A DNA stretch of 63,738 nt, filler included, from Octopus bimaculoides (taxonomy: Eukaryota): assembly GCF_001194135.2 (NCBI RefSeq). It is 8 parts of 8 records of this genome, joined end to end, with 100 filler letters (N's around TTAATTAATTAA, not from the genome) between each part and the next. Parts side by side here need not be neighbours in the genome. Positions count along the whole stretch, not along the records: positions 19,770 to 36,449 come from NC_069004.1; 7 more parts are not named here. One strand, 5' to 3'. A program made the translations under genes and the position numbers. The notes beneath the pieces are model-generated. The model made no database searches, was not told where the DNA came from, and was given only the letters and a program-made list of their open reading frames with translations. Shown here piece after piece: positions 23,017 through 35,051 of this stretch. Positions within the stretch are counted from its first letter, which is position 1. The number at the start of each line of letters is the position of its first letter.

Positions 23017-23709
23017 ATACACTTAGCCGTCTAATGAAGCTGGCAAGTTGCCTGTTTATATTTTTTTTGCCTGTCTTTAATTAATGGTGGTGCCACAAAT
23101 TCTGGTTTTGCTTCTTCTTGTTGATGTTGCTGTAGCTAACTGAGTGAAAACTTAGCCAACATATGGCTGGAATGTCCAGAAATATGTTGAAGAGAGCCTC
23201 AAAGACAAGTAGAATGTCAGGGTAGCACATGCTTTTTCTTTGTGTATTCAATAGTTTCTTCACACTCTATTGCAATTAATTCCACCACCCCCTCTCTCTC
23301 TCTCTGTCTGCCTTACCCCCACTGTGTCCCCAGGGGGTTTATGCTTCAATCTGTGCCACTTGTATCTTCTGTTCCCACCCCCACCCTCACAACTACCTGC
23401 CATTTCCTTTGACCTTTCACATAATCATCTGTTCTGTTGTATTTTTCCCTTTGCATCGACAGTTAACCCTTTTGATACCAATCCACTCGAGACCACCACT
23501 TCTGACACCAATCCACCTGCTACAACCACCTCTGGTTCTTTGATATAAAACTTTCCAGTTTTTAAAACGTTCAAATTTTAAATAAAAGCATTCTTCATAA
23601 TTTTTTTATATGAAACCATTTTCTTACATTCTAACTTTCAGACTTATTCTGCCAATAAATGAAGAAGTGAATTTAGGCTACCAATTTTCTTCTTTATTAA
23701 AGAAATTAA

Positions 23710-23990
23710 TTATTAAAGAAATTTATATGGCTGAGAATTATGCCACTGAAAACCAGCCAAGAAAAGAAGCTGGATGCTTTTGACTGCAGATGCTTCCAGA
23801 AAATACTTGGCATCAAATGAAATGACTTTATCAGCTATGAGGAGCAGACCAACAGCCAAGGTTCCTCACAATCTGCAAGTGCTGATTGAGTTGGTTGGAA
23901 TATGTCATCAGGCTCTTGAGGGACAGACTTGCCAATCCATATCCTTTTAGTGGAGCCCTCAGGGACATCAGTGCAGGTAAAAAAAGATGT
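23710..23990 (+). mobile_element. Old RTE LINE C-terminal remnant
   Basis: EKKLDAFDCRCFQKILGIK*NDFISYEE resembles the RTE motif ERRLDAFDxxCLRxILGIxWxDxVSNEE. Confidence 0.6.
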
Positions 23991-24084
23991 AAAAGTTGCA
24001 TAACTTTCCAAATTTTCTAAAAAAATTTTGCTAAAAAAACCCTGGTTGTAAAAGAGTGAGAAAGTCTTCGTTCCTTCCTGCTAT

Positions 24085-24272
24085 ATATTGGTTTCGAATT
24101 TTGGCACAAGGCCAGCAGTTTCCAGGAGAGGAGATTAAGTTGATTACATCGTCCCTAGTCCCTCAACTGGTACTTATTTTATTGACCCCCAATAGGACAA
24201 AAGCTAAAGTCAACTTCAGCAGCATTTGAACTCAGAACGTAAAGATGGACGAAATGCTACTAAGCATTTTGC
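24085..24272 (-). mobile_element. SINE family B
   Basis: GCATTTGAACTCAGAACGTAAAGATGGACGAAATGCTACTAAGCATTT is the reverse complement of the family B head. Confidence 0.75.
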
Positions 24273-24933
24273 CTTGTTCTTGTTTCTGTCCTTTGTTTCC
24301 ACGAAACTAATCTGAAAATCCGAAAAATATAAAATATTCAATAACCTAAAATACTTTTAAACACCTTCCTAATCATTTCTCCAAGAGAGTCATTTGTCTC
24401 TCTCTCTCTCTCACTCTCAAAGTAATTCTCATTCAAGATTTTTAAGATTTTTATTTCGATGATGATGAAGAAGATTTCAGATTAATTTCCTGCAACTAAA
24501 TGCAATTCCAAATTAATATTCCAAGATATTACTAATCGGTTTCAGTAATAGTCCATTTCCTCAACATTATTCTTCGTATTAATGCTTTAAATATTTAATC
24601 GGTTGGTGTGATTATTTCAACAGACTTTCACAAAGTTTAAACTCATAACATCAAAACTTATCTAAAGTATTAAGATTAGAGCACTGAACTGCTGTTTCTC
24701 TTTGAATCTCTCTAATCTTTCTGATTGTAGAACTGTATTTCTCTCAGTTACAATATATATACATATATATAGAAACATACACAATATACACACCCATCAG
24801 CTTTATTATTTATCTCTCTGCTTAACAATAAATATCCCTTCTTTTATCATTGATGACTGCGTTATGATATACACGTTAATTGCTGAATTGTTGATCTTGG
24901 TATTATACATGCATGCATTATATATATATATAT

Positions 24934-26153
24934 CATCATCATCATCATTGTTTAACATCAGCTTTCCATGCTAGCATTGGTTGGACAATTTGACTGAGGA
25001 CTGGTGAACTAGATGGCTGCTCCAGGCTCTATTCTGATCTAGCAGAGTTTCTACAGCTGGATGCCCTTCCTAATGCCAACCAGTCTGCGAGTATAGTGGG
25101 TGCTTTTACGTGCCACCGGCATGAGGGTGACGCTGATAACGAACACGCTCGAATGGTGCTTTTTACGTGCCACCGGCACGGAAGCCAGTCAGCTGCTTTG
25201 GCAGCGATCACACTCGGATGGTGCTCTTAGCACTCCACTGGCACAGGTGCCAGTCATTGATTTGCGAATTTGATTTGATTTCGATTTCCCTTGCCTCGAC
25301 AGATCTTCGCAAACAGAGTTTAATGTCCAATGAAGGAAAGGTACGCATAAGTGGGCTGGTTACACCCCTGGCATACGTCACATATTATGGTCTCACTTGG
25401 CTTGCCGGGTCTTCTCACGCACAGCATTTTTCCAAAGGTCTCAGTCATTAGTCATTGCCTCAGTGCGGCCTAATGTTCATAGGTCATCCTTCACCACCTC
25501 ATCCCATGTCTTCCTGCGTCTACCTCTTCCACAGCTTCCCTCAACTGCTAGGGTGTGGCACTTTTTCACACAGCTATCCTCATTCATACGCAACACGTGA
25601 CCATACCAGTGCAGTTGTCTCACTTGCACACCACACCTGATGCTTCTTAGGTTCAACTTTTCTCTCAAGGTACTTACACTCTGTCGAGTACGCACATTGA
25701 CATTACACATCTCATCAGAGCATACTGGCTTCATTCCTTGCGAGCTTACGCATGTCCTCCGCACTCATGGCCCATGTTTCACTGCCATGTGGCATGGCTG
25801 TACGTACACATGCGTCATACAGTCTGCGCTTTATTCTGAGCAAGAGACCCTTTGTCACCAGAAGAGGTAAACGCTCTTTGAACTTTGCCCAGGCTATTCT
25901 TATTCTAGCAGCTACACTTTCAGCGCACCCTCCCTCACTACTGACTTGGTCACCTAGGTAACAGAAGCTATCAACTACTTCTAGTTTTTCTCCCTGGAAT
26001 GTGGCGGAAGTTCTTCTCTGCCCATTTTCACTGTTTATTGCTCCTGAGCATCTGCCACACACAAGAACTATCTTCCCAGTTAGCCTTCCCTTGATATTGC
26101 TGCACCTCTTATGTGTCCATCTTTTATACTGGGTACATCTTATAAAGTTTATA
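24934..26153 (-). mobile_element. RTE LINE 3' fragment, same family as 5995-8099
   Basis: Colinear with 5995-7230; translations FCYLGDQVSSEGGC, GSETW, HWYGHVLRMNED and GRRRKTW; ends at (GA)n and a gap. Confidence 0.95.
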
Positions 26154-27384
26154 GAAAGAGAGAGAGAGAGAGAGAAANNNNNNNNNNNNNNNNNNNNNNN
26201 NNNNNNNNNNNNNNNNNNNNNNNNNNNNNNNNNNNNNNNNNNNNNNNNNNNNNNNNNNNNNNNNNNNNNNNNNNNNNNNNNNNNNNNNNNNNNNNNNNNN
26301 NNNNNNNNNNNNNNNNNNNNNNNNNNNNNNNNNNNNNNNNNNNNNNNNNNNNNNNNNNNNNNNNNNNNNNNNNNNNNNNNNNNNNNNNNNNNNNNNNNNN
26401 NNNNNNNNNNNNNNNNNNNNNNNNNNNNNNNNNNNNNNNNNNNNNNNNNNNNNNNNNNNNNNNNNNNNNNNNNNNNNNNNNNNNNNNNNNNNNNNNNNNN
26501 NNNNNNNNNNNNNNNNNNNNNNNNNNNNNNNNNNNNNNNNNNNNNNNNNNNNNNNNNNNNNNNNNNNNNNNNNNNNNNNNNNNNNNNNNNNNNNNNNNNN
26601 NNNNNNNNNNNNNNNNNNNNNNNNNNNNNNNNNNNNNNNNNNNNNNNNNNNNNNNNNNNNNNNNNNNNNNNNNNNNNNNNNNNNNNNNNNNNNNNNNNNN
26701 NNNNNNNNNNNNNNNNNNNNNNNNNNNNNNNNNNNNNNNNNNNNNNNNNNNNNNNNNNNNNNNNNNNNNNNNNNNNNNNNNNNNNNNNNNNNNNNNNNNN
26801 NNNNNNNNNNNNNNNNNNNNNNNNNNNNNNNNNNNNNNNNNNNNNNNNNNNNNNNNNNNNNNNNNNNNNNNNNNNNNNNNNNNNNNNNNNNNNNNNNNNN
26901 NNNNNNNNNNNNNNNNNNNNNNNNNNNNNNNNNNNNNNNNNNNNNNNNNNNNNNNNNNNNNNNNNNNNNNNNNNNNNNNNNNNNNNNNNNNNNNNNNNNN
27001 NNNNNNNNNNNNNNNNNNNNNNNNNNNNNNNNNNNNNNNNNNNNNNNNNNNNNNNNNNNNNNNNNNNNNNNNNNNNNNNNNNNNNNNNNNNNNNNNNNNN
27101 NNNNNNNNNNNNNNNNNNNNNNNNNNNNNNNNNNNNNNNNNNNNNNNNNNNNNNCCTCCTCCCCCTCCTCCTCTCCGTTACCATTTACCTACTCTTGCTT
27201 CCCACCTGTCATCAGGTGCTGTTCTCCAAAACTAACCGAATTAACATGTCCTGGTTCTGTAATTCCAACCACTAAATCATATTGTTTACCACCTTAGATA
27301 CATTGACTTATGTCTCATAGCATCGTAATCTCTCTTCTTGCATCAACATCTCAACGTTTCTGGTTTATCCAATGCCGCATGCAA

Positions 27385-27670
27385 CGCATGGCAGTGGCTG
27401 AGTGGTTAAGACCGTTCCTTTGCAACCATGTGATTCCTAGTTCTGTCCCACTGCGCAGAACCTTAGACATGGGTCTTCTATAATGGGTTCTAACTTAGAT
27501 ACAAGGCCAGTAATTTTGAGAGAAGTAGGTGAGTCACTGGCATGGGTTAGACAGTTTGACAGGAGCTGGTCAGCTGAAGAGCTGCCTGGGCTCTACGTCT
27601 GTTTTGGCATGGTCTTTACAGCTGGATGCCCTTCCTAATGTCAACCACTGTACTGACTGTTGTCTCATGA
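27385..27670. mobile_element. SINE family A head (27385-27490, +) followed by an RTE-tail repeat fragment (27530-27655, -)
   Basis: GTGGCTGAGTGGTTAAG...TTCTGTCCCACTGCG; then GCTGGATGCCCTTCCTAATGTCAACC. Confidence 0.6.
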
Positions 27671-29127
27671 CCACACACACAAACATATACATACACAAAT
27701 GCACATGATCGCACACATACACTCAGACCCACATTACATACCCACTCACACACACACACAGAGGCACTGTGTACTGGGTGCTCTTACACAGCACCCACAA
27801 GCCTGCAAGATTAGGAGTGCTTGGCTGGAGAAGAATGTAGGGGATATGCCTGTATATAAGGGGAACCATGCTTTTATTTATCTTGTGAACTCTTATGATT
27901 GTTGCTGTTGTTGTTTAGCCACCACCCTGGCCAAGCAAATCTTTGATCAAAAGCATTCCAATTGTGACCTTCTCATTTTTTTTTAGTTATATCCAGTATG
28001 CCCTTTCCCCTTTTGAAAACAATAAGGTGTGATTTGAGGATAACTTAGCTGCTACTTTTAACATTTGATCAACTCTGAAGATGCTCTCTTGTTGGATCAT
28101 CTTTTAGAACATGGTGGAGATTCTTCACTCCTGATGGTCACCATCATCATGACATATGGAATGTCTATCAGGCAATTTTAAACCTTGGGCAGCCCATCTG
28201 CCCCTATGTCAGAACAGGTGGAAGAGAGAGAGAGAGAGAAGGGAGAGGGCCAAGAATCAGCTCCAATACTAGGCTGGTGATTTATCATTGACCCCTGCAA
28301 CTATGAAAGATAAAGTTCACCTTGACAGAGTTTGATCTCAGACCCAAGAGAACTGCAACAAAAATTACAAACCGTTCTTCTACCATTTTTCTTTCCCCTG
28401 TCCTAATACTTCTGCCACTTCACCAATATCTTTTAGAAGAGAAATCTCTTGGAATTCTCTTTTGTTATTATCATTTAGAAACAAGCACCAATAAAAAGAA
28501 TATTACTTTTAATTTATTCTCTCGTTTACCATTATTTTCGCATGTTCTAACAAACTACCAAAGTTTATTAGACATAAAAATCATCTCCTATGGACTATTA
28601 GTCTAGATTTAGAAAATGGTTCAAATAACTACCGTTGTTTTTCCACTTCATCTCTGCCTTTTGATTCCATGGAAGAGGATTTATTTTCGGTATTTTTGTG
28701 AGGAGTTCTTTAATTCTTCAACTGTAGCCAGGATAGCAGCATCATTTCTAATGGTTCCAGAAAATGTTTTGGAGCGATAAAATAGATTTTTTTTACCAAC
28801 TTCATCTGGCAACAATACAATCTCAGACAGTTTGTACACAAACCTTTGTTCCTTTTATTTTTCTTTCTTTCCTTATCTCTTCTTTCTTTCTTTCTTTCTT
28901 CTCTTTTGTCATTAAAATCACCCCGCTATTTTCTTTCTATCGAAACCTCTGTTTGCTGCTGTGTTTTTCTGTGGCTTTCATGAAAATCCGTTTGTTTGTT
29001 TCCACAATTCTCTCAGTAGGAAGCAAACTCTGAAAACCTCAAAATCTGTTTTGATGTTGTTTATTAATGAAAAAACATAAATTTCGTGACAAACTGTGAA
29101 AGTGTGATCTTTCTTGTTTACCACTTT

Positions 29128-29168
<41 letters not shown>

Positions 29169-29505
29169 TGTAGATGGGTGTTGGCCAAGTGTATTTGCCT
29201 GTGTGAGAGAGTGTGTGTGTGTGTGTGTGGTTTTCTACCTGTCTGTTTGTGTGGGGAAGATGTGTTATATGTGTCTGTGTGTAGTTTTGTATATTTGTAT
29301 GTGTGTGTGTGTGTGTGCTTTTGTATGTTTGTAGTTTGTGTGTGTGTAGTTGCGTGTGTGTATTTGTCTGTGTGGCGAGTGTATGTGTACATGTGTATGT
29401 GTGTCATATTGATAAGTTTTCCAGCGAACAATGTAAACCAGTTTTATTTCTCAGCCAATTTCACTTCATTCGTCTTTGCTGTAGAACTGTCCTTCATTCT
29501 GGATG

Positions 29506-29845
29506 TATAAGACCAGCAGTTCTTTATAAGACCACCAGCTCTTTATAAGACCACCAGCTCTTTATAAGACCATCACCTATTTATCACCTCCTTATAAGAC
29601 CATCACCTCTTTATAAGACCATCACCTCTTTATAAGACAATCACCTATTTATCACCTCCTTATATGACCATCACCTTTTTATAAAACAATCACCTATTTA
29701 TCACCTCCTTATAAGACCAGCAGCTCTTTATAAGACCATCACCTTTTTATAAGACCATCACCTCTTTATAAGACAATTACCTATTTATCACTTCCTTATA
29801 AGACCACCATCTGTCTTTAAGACCATCATCTTTTTTACAAGACCA
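29506..29845 (+). repeat. Minisatellite: 19-bp unit TATAAGACCATCACCTCTT interspersed with a 30-bp variant
   Basis: About 16 units counted by eye; the long variant TATAAGACAATCACCTATTTATCACCTCCT occurs four times. Confidence 0.95.
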
Positions 29846-30290
29846 TCTTTCTCCAGCCAATTTGTATTCTAAAGGTTATACTTCCAGAACATCTTCCTCC
29901 ACTACTGATTAAGTCACCTACAGATCGGAAACTATTGACTACCGCAAGTAATCTTCCCAAGCATTTGAGGGCATCTATTTCCTGTGCACTCTTAGAATTT
30001 ATTGCTTCAGTACAGGTCACACACAAAGTCTACTTACTTTGTTATCCTTCCTTCCTATGATTCCACTGCACCTCTTGTATATCCATAGTTTGCACCGGGT
30101 GCTCTGTATTGAATTTCTTCCCACTCCTTAGCTATGTATTAAGCAAAGCCATTTCCCTGGTGGAAGCTGTGTCTTATCTGTTTTCCTACTTACAGAAAAC
30201 TTTAGTCTTTGCTAAGTTAACTTTCAAGCTCTTTAACTCCAGGTTTTGCTTTCACACCTGGAATTTTTCCTCTAATCCTGTTACAGATTC
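29846..30290 (-). mobile_element. Older RTE LINE fragment (RT C-terminal region)
   Basis: Colinear with 6990-7380 (KFQVWKQNLELKSLKVNLAKTK; SFRSVGDLISSGGRC..RIQIGW). Confidence 0.75.
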
Positions 30291-30629
30291 ACAGTCTCAC
30301 ATTGTGTGTGGGGTTTTGTTTACATCTGAAATTGTACGGAAGCTGTAGTGTACAGGTAGTGTTTCTGTTGGCAGTTCTCCAGCCAACAAATCATTTTCTC
30401 CCTTCATGTCTTAGGAGCTGTGTAGAGTAAGAGATTCCTTACTTAAAAACAAGGGTTAGTAATAGAAAGGACATCTGGCTGTCAAACAACACTTAAGTGT
30501 ATTCTCCTAACCCATGCAACCATGGGAAAACAGAACTAAAAGTAATGAAGCTGAATCCTGCTTCGTGTTGCAGAAAGAAAAATTAGGTAAAACCTTAGTG
30601 TGATGTCATTATGTGTTACTAATTAACGT

Positions 30630-30860
30630 ATGTGTGTGTGTCTTTGTGCATATGTTTGTTCCCTACCACTGCTTGGCCACCAGTGTTGGTGTGTTTACAT
30701 CCCCCGTAACTTAGTGGTTTGGCAAGAGAGACCGATAGAATAAGCACCAAGCTTAAACAAAATAAACACCGGGGTCAATTCATTCGGCTAAAATTTTTTC
30801 AAGGTGGTGCCCCAGCATGGCCGCAGTGTAATGACTGAAATGAATAAAAGATAGAAAGTA
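30630..30860 (+). mobile_element. SINE family A, 3' half
   Basis: GTGTTTACATCCCCCGTAACTTAG...GAGACCGATAGAATAAG...CCCAGCATGGCCGCAG...TGACTGAAA. Confidence 0.8.
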
Positions 30861-31278
30861 AAAGATAATTAAGATAAATTAATATTTAAATAGAAAGAAA
30901 CAATATTTAATTGGAGCGAATGGCTTGTAATTTCAAAAGCTTCAGTGTTTTAATGTTGAAAGGAAAAATGGTAAAACAGTCTCTGAGTGAGGAATAAACA
31001 TTTTAGTTCAGAAATAAATAAATGAATAATTATGTAAAAAAAAAAAATTTAAAAAAAAACAATATCAAGAAATGGTTGTTTGTTTTTGTATTTGACATTT
31101 GAAAAAAAAAAGTTTCACCTGAACAATTATTTCTTAATGCCATTTCTTTAAAATGAGGCTTGATATTTCAAAAATATATTTCTAGGTTATTAATTTAAAT
31201 AGGAATAAATAAAATAAAGCAGAAAACAGCAGAAAAAGAATCAGCAAATTATTACATCATAATTTGTTACTGTACAGG

Positions 31279-31317
<39 letters not shown>

Positions 31318-31437
31318 GTATATATGTATGTGTGTTCCTGTATGTATCTGCGTGTATGTATGTATATATGTGTATATATATGTCCATATATATATGACTG
31401 GAAACCTCGTCGTCATAACCAACAGAGTGCCACAATA

Positions 31438-31479
<42 letters not shown>

Positions 31480-32264
31480 GTCTATATATATTCTTCACTC
31501 TTGTATCTCTTTGTCATTTGACTGCAGCCATTACTGGAGTACTGCCTTTAGTCGAACAAATCAACTCTTATTCTTTGTGAGCCTACTAATTATTCTATAA
31601 ATATATATATATATATAAATTAAAAACAGAAAATTAAAACAGAACACAAAGGATTCCATGGTACACGTGTTTCAAGCTTTATACACAAGCAGTCGTTGCA
31701 TCATTTTATGAGTATATAATTGATAGACAGGATGGTATAAACTATCTTCAGCCGCAAATATATTCTTTCCCAAACATTATATCACAAAGAAGAAGTCACC
31801 AAGAAAAATGCAAAAGAGAGAGAAACATGAGAGAGAAAATATAATATATATATATATATATAAACTTGTGAAATTTCCACATGTTATACTATTGAAAAGA
31901 ATGTTAAAACTTTTTTCTCCAACTGAAATTTGTAAATCTGGGTCGTAATTTAACATCTCCATCTTGAAATGCTTCAACTAATTAAAAGGAAAATGCAAAA
32001 ATTAGTTTTTGTTGCCCTCTCTTAAATTTACCTCCATTCTCTTGTTTAGAATGATTATGCATGTATCTAAAGAAAGCAAATGTCTAGAATTTATGGTTGG
32101 TTCTAGGTTTAGGGATCGACAGATTGCCCCCTTGTTGGCATTTGAAATAGCAACAAGACGATATGTTGTTTTAAACCATATTCCCTGATACCCAGTTTAC
32201 ACACACACACATACACATGTATGTATGTTTGTGTGTGTGTGTGTGCGTGTGTGTGCGCACATGT

Positions 32265-32306
<42 letters not shown>

Positions 32307-32431
32307 TCATACATATATATATATATATATATANNNNNNNNNNNNNNNNNNNNNNNNNNNNNNNNNNNNNNNNNNNNNNNNNNNNNNNNNNNNNNNNNNN
32401 NNNNNNNNNNNNNNNNNNNNNNNNNNNNNNN

Positions 32432-32483
<52 letters not shown>

Positions 32484-33512
32484 TATGAATACAGGATACG
32501 TCTTACACTGCTCAAGGCATATTCTGCTCTTTTATATTCTAAATCATATCCAGTTCTTTACTCATCTTAAAGTGGATTATTTTTATTTCAAGCTTGACAT
32601 TTCTATTTTCATGTTTTCTGTGTAAAAGAGAGAGAGAGAGATTGGGCAAGAAAGAGGTTGACAGACTGACTGACAGGGAGGTGTTAACAAGTACATTCTT
32701 GTGCCCCACCACCACCTTACAGTAAGTTGATTGTTGATGCATGCCGGATGAAAACCTGCTGTGTGTTGGTGGCAGAAGTTATCTACCATCTTCATGAGAT
32801 AGATAGAGAGAGAAAGAGAGAGAGAGAGAACAAAGAATATCTGAGAAATTGGTAAACGAAGGTATTTGCAGTGGTTGTTAGCGCAGACTCCAGACGGTGT
32901 TGGAAGCAGGCAAATGGGTCTTCACTCACTCACTTGGCCAGTAATAAATAATAAAAGGTTACAACTGCATGGACTGCTGGTGTTTAATATTATAACTGTC
33001 CACTCCTGCTGATCTGGACAGATCAATGAGGATGGAAATATAACAATGGTAATGCCATTTCTGTTAAGAAAAGTGGTTAAAGCTGGTGAAGAATGGAAAC
33101 ATTTACTTGTATTTATTTCAACCATAAGTCCACTGATAGGAAGACTAATAAATATATAAGTAAGCTATTAGCAGAAGCTGTATTCATTTCTGTGTAAAGT
33201 GGTTTGCATTAGGACGAGCATCCAGCAAAAGAAACTAAGCTGAAGATAATACTGGAGCTTAACGAAGTGATGCACCTCACTGTTTCCCTGTCAAACCATT
33301 CAACCCATGCCAGCAAGGAAAGCGGACAATAAATGATGATGATGACTTGTCTAGTATGTAATAAAATGTGTAAAAGCTTGGCTGGGCTTAAAAGTCTTAT
33401 AAGGGCATCACATGGCGACAATCATGGATCATTTCAGTAAATCTTCTTGGCAATGGCTTTTCTCATGTAATGAGGATGCAGCTGTGATATATATATATGT
33501 ATGTATGTATGC

Positions 33513-33590
<78 letters not shown>

Positions 33591-33599
33591 TAACAGAAT

Positions 33600-33770
33600 G
33601 AGATAAAAATCCAAGGCTGTGAAAGATTTCAGAACATAAGGTCTTACAGCTGTTTCTGGGATATCTCATATATCCCTTCATCGGAGACAGTGCGAGAAAA
33701 TGGTTAACCAATAGTTATTCTAGATAAGATACGAAATAGAGAGTGGTGGTACAAACCTTCGAACCAGTTT
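33600..33770 (-). mobile_element. Penelope-type terminal repeat (family of 5660-5790)
   Basis: Shares the GTCT-C.GATGA...ATATCCCAGAAACAGCTGTAA segment with the terminal repeat downstream of the Penelope RT at 5195. Confidence 0.6.
33641..33688 (-). ncRNA. Minimal hammerhead-ribozyme-like motif, core variant CCGAUGA
   Basis: GTCT-CCGATGA-A-GGGATAT-ATGAG-ATATCCC-A-GAAAC-AGCT-GTA-AGAC: stem I 4 bp, stem II 7 bp, palindromic ACAGCTGT stem III, GUA triplet. Confidence 0.65.
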
Positions 33771-34195
33771 GTAGAAACTGGTTCTCGAGGTGGTCATTAA
33801 GCTCTGCAATAATTTTGGGAGCTGTACTTTTGTGATCCTTTGTAACAATTCGCTTAAGAGTCCAACAGTCCCTGTCTGAAAGTTTTGGTTTTCCTCCTGG
33901 AGTTTTGTTTCGACAAGGAGGTTTTTCCCTCTTTCTCAAAGGTTGTCATTACTTTCGAGACAGTACTTCTTGATACACCAAACATTTCAGCTGTTTTCAT
34001 TACACTAACGCCTGCCATACAAGCACCAACAATTTCACCTATTTGAAAGTCCGATAGATCTGTCATTCTAATGAATTTTAATTACCTTTTTCTGATGATA
34101 TCTGAAAAGAAACAGCAATTTTAGCAAAACATATTAAGCAACACTAATAATAAATTTTAAAAAAACATAAAAATAAACAAGCCTTTGATGGTTTT
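33770..34195 (-). mobile_element. Tc1-like transposon, 5' part with frameshifted HTH domain
   Basis: MTDLSDFQIGEIVGACMAGVSVMKTAEMFGVSRSTVSKVM..EKEGKT and GGKPKLSDRD..TLKRIV..DHKSTAPKI.AELN match the Tc1 paired-like DNA-binding domain. Confidence 0.9.
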
Positions 34196-34214
34196 ATAGA
34201 TATTTCAAAATTAT

Positions 34215-34420
34215 GATGCATAGATAGATAGATATAGATATATATAGGGAGAATTCACAAAAAAACAAAAGACGAAGACAGGTGGTGTAGAAAACAGATG
34301 TATTAGTATAACGCTCGGGAATTGAAAAAGTCTTTAACGTTTCGAGCCTACGCTCTTCCACGGAAAGGAACAAGGAGAGAAAAAAAATGTGTGTAGTGGT
34401 TAGCACAGCTCAACATCCTA
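34215..34420 (-). mobile_element. Probable Penelope-type terminal repeat with hammerhead-like motif at 34332-34367
   Basis: Minus strand reads CTTT-CCGTGGA-A-GAGC-GTAG-GCTC-GAAAC-GTT-AAAG. Confidence 0.55.
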
Positions 34421-35051
34421 ATTTCTGGATGCCTTACATATTCACTATGCTTGTATGTGTGTGTGTATCTATATGTGTGTGTATGCATATATACATGCTA
34501 GTGGTAGCTGTGAAAATTCCACAGAATGAAAAGCATTAAACGGATTTTGTTAAGAAAGAAAGGTTGATTTACATATAAGTCTTATTGCATAGAAATCTTT
34601 TTATTTGCATATAATTTGCATATATATTGTTGCATGTTCAATAACTCACACAAAAATAAATAACAATCTATACAATACTTAATACATATCATTCATTAGT
34701 ATTTGAGTCTATTGAAACTGCAAGATCAATATATAATTGCATGTTCCTTATTATGCAATATTTTATCATAATTACTCTTCATTAAATACAATTAATGTAC
34801 ATAAAATGATATAGAGAAGAATATAAACAATGTTTTTATTTACATGATTAATTTCGATTCCATTGAAAATTAAATAAAAAAAACGTAACATCCATGGCGA
34901 TTTTGCTCAGTTATTTCACTTCCACTCACAATAAGTATATTAAATGATTTTAAAATTTCTCTCTGCTAAACATTTTACATTTCTCTCTCCCTCTCTTTCT
35001 TGCTCTCTCTTTTTTTTTCTGTCTACCACTTCAACAAAGTTTTTAACCATA

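Noticed and set aside
22414-23084. His-rich, Asn-rich and Tyr/Cys-rich ORFs
   Set aside because: Translations of trinucleotide microsatellites with no non-repeat coding content.
29039-29548. HT/CV-repeat ORFs (also 32109-32625, 37387-37984, 42470-42985, 53363-54273, 63354-63614)
   Set aside because: Translations of (CA)n/(TA)n dinucleotide tracts.
29506-29845. Regular short repeats resembling a CRISPR array
   Set aside because: Units are contiguous with no unique spacers, in a eukaryotic context with no cas genes.
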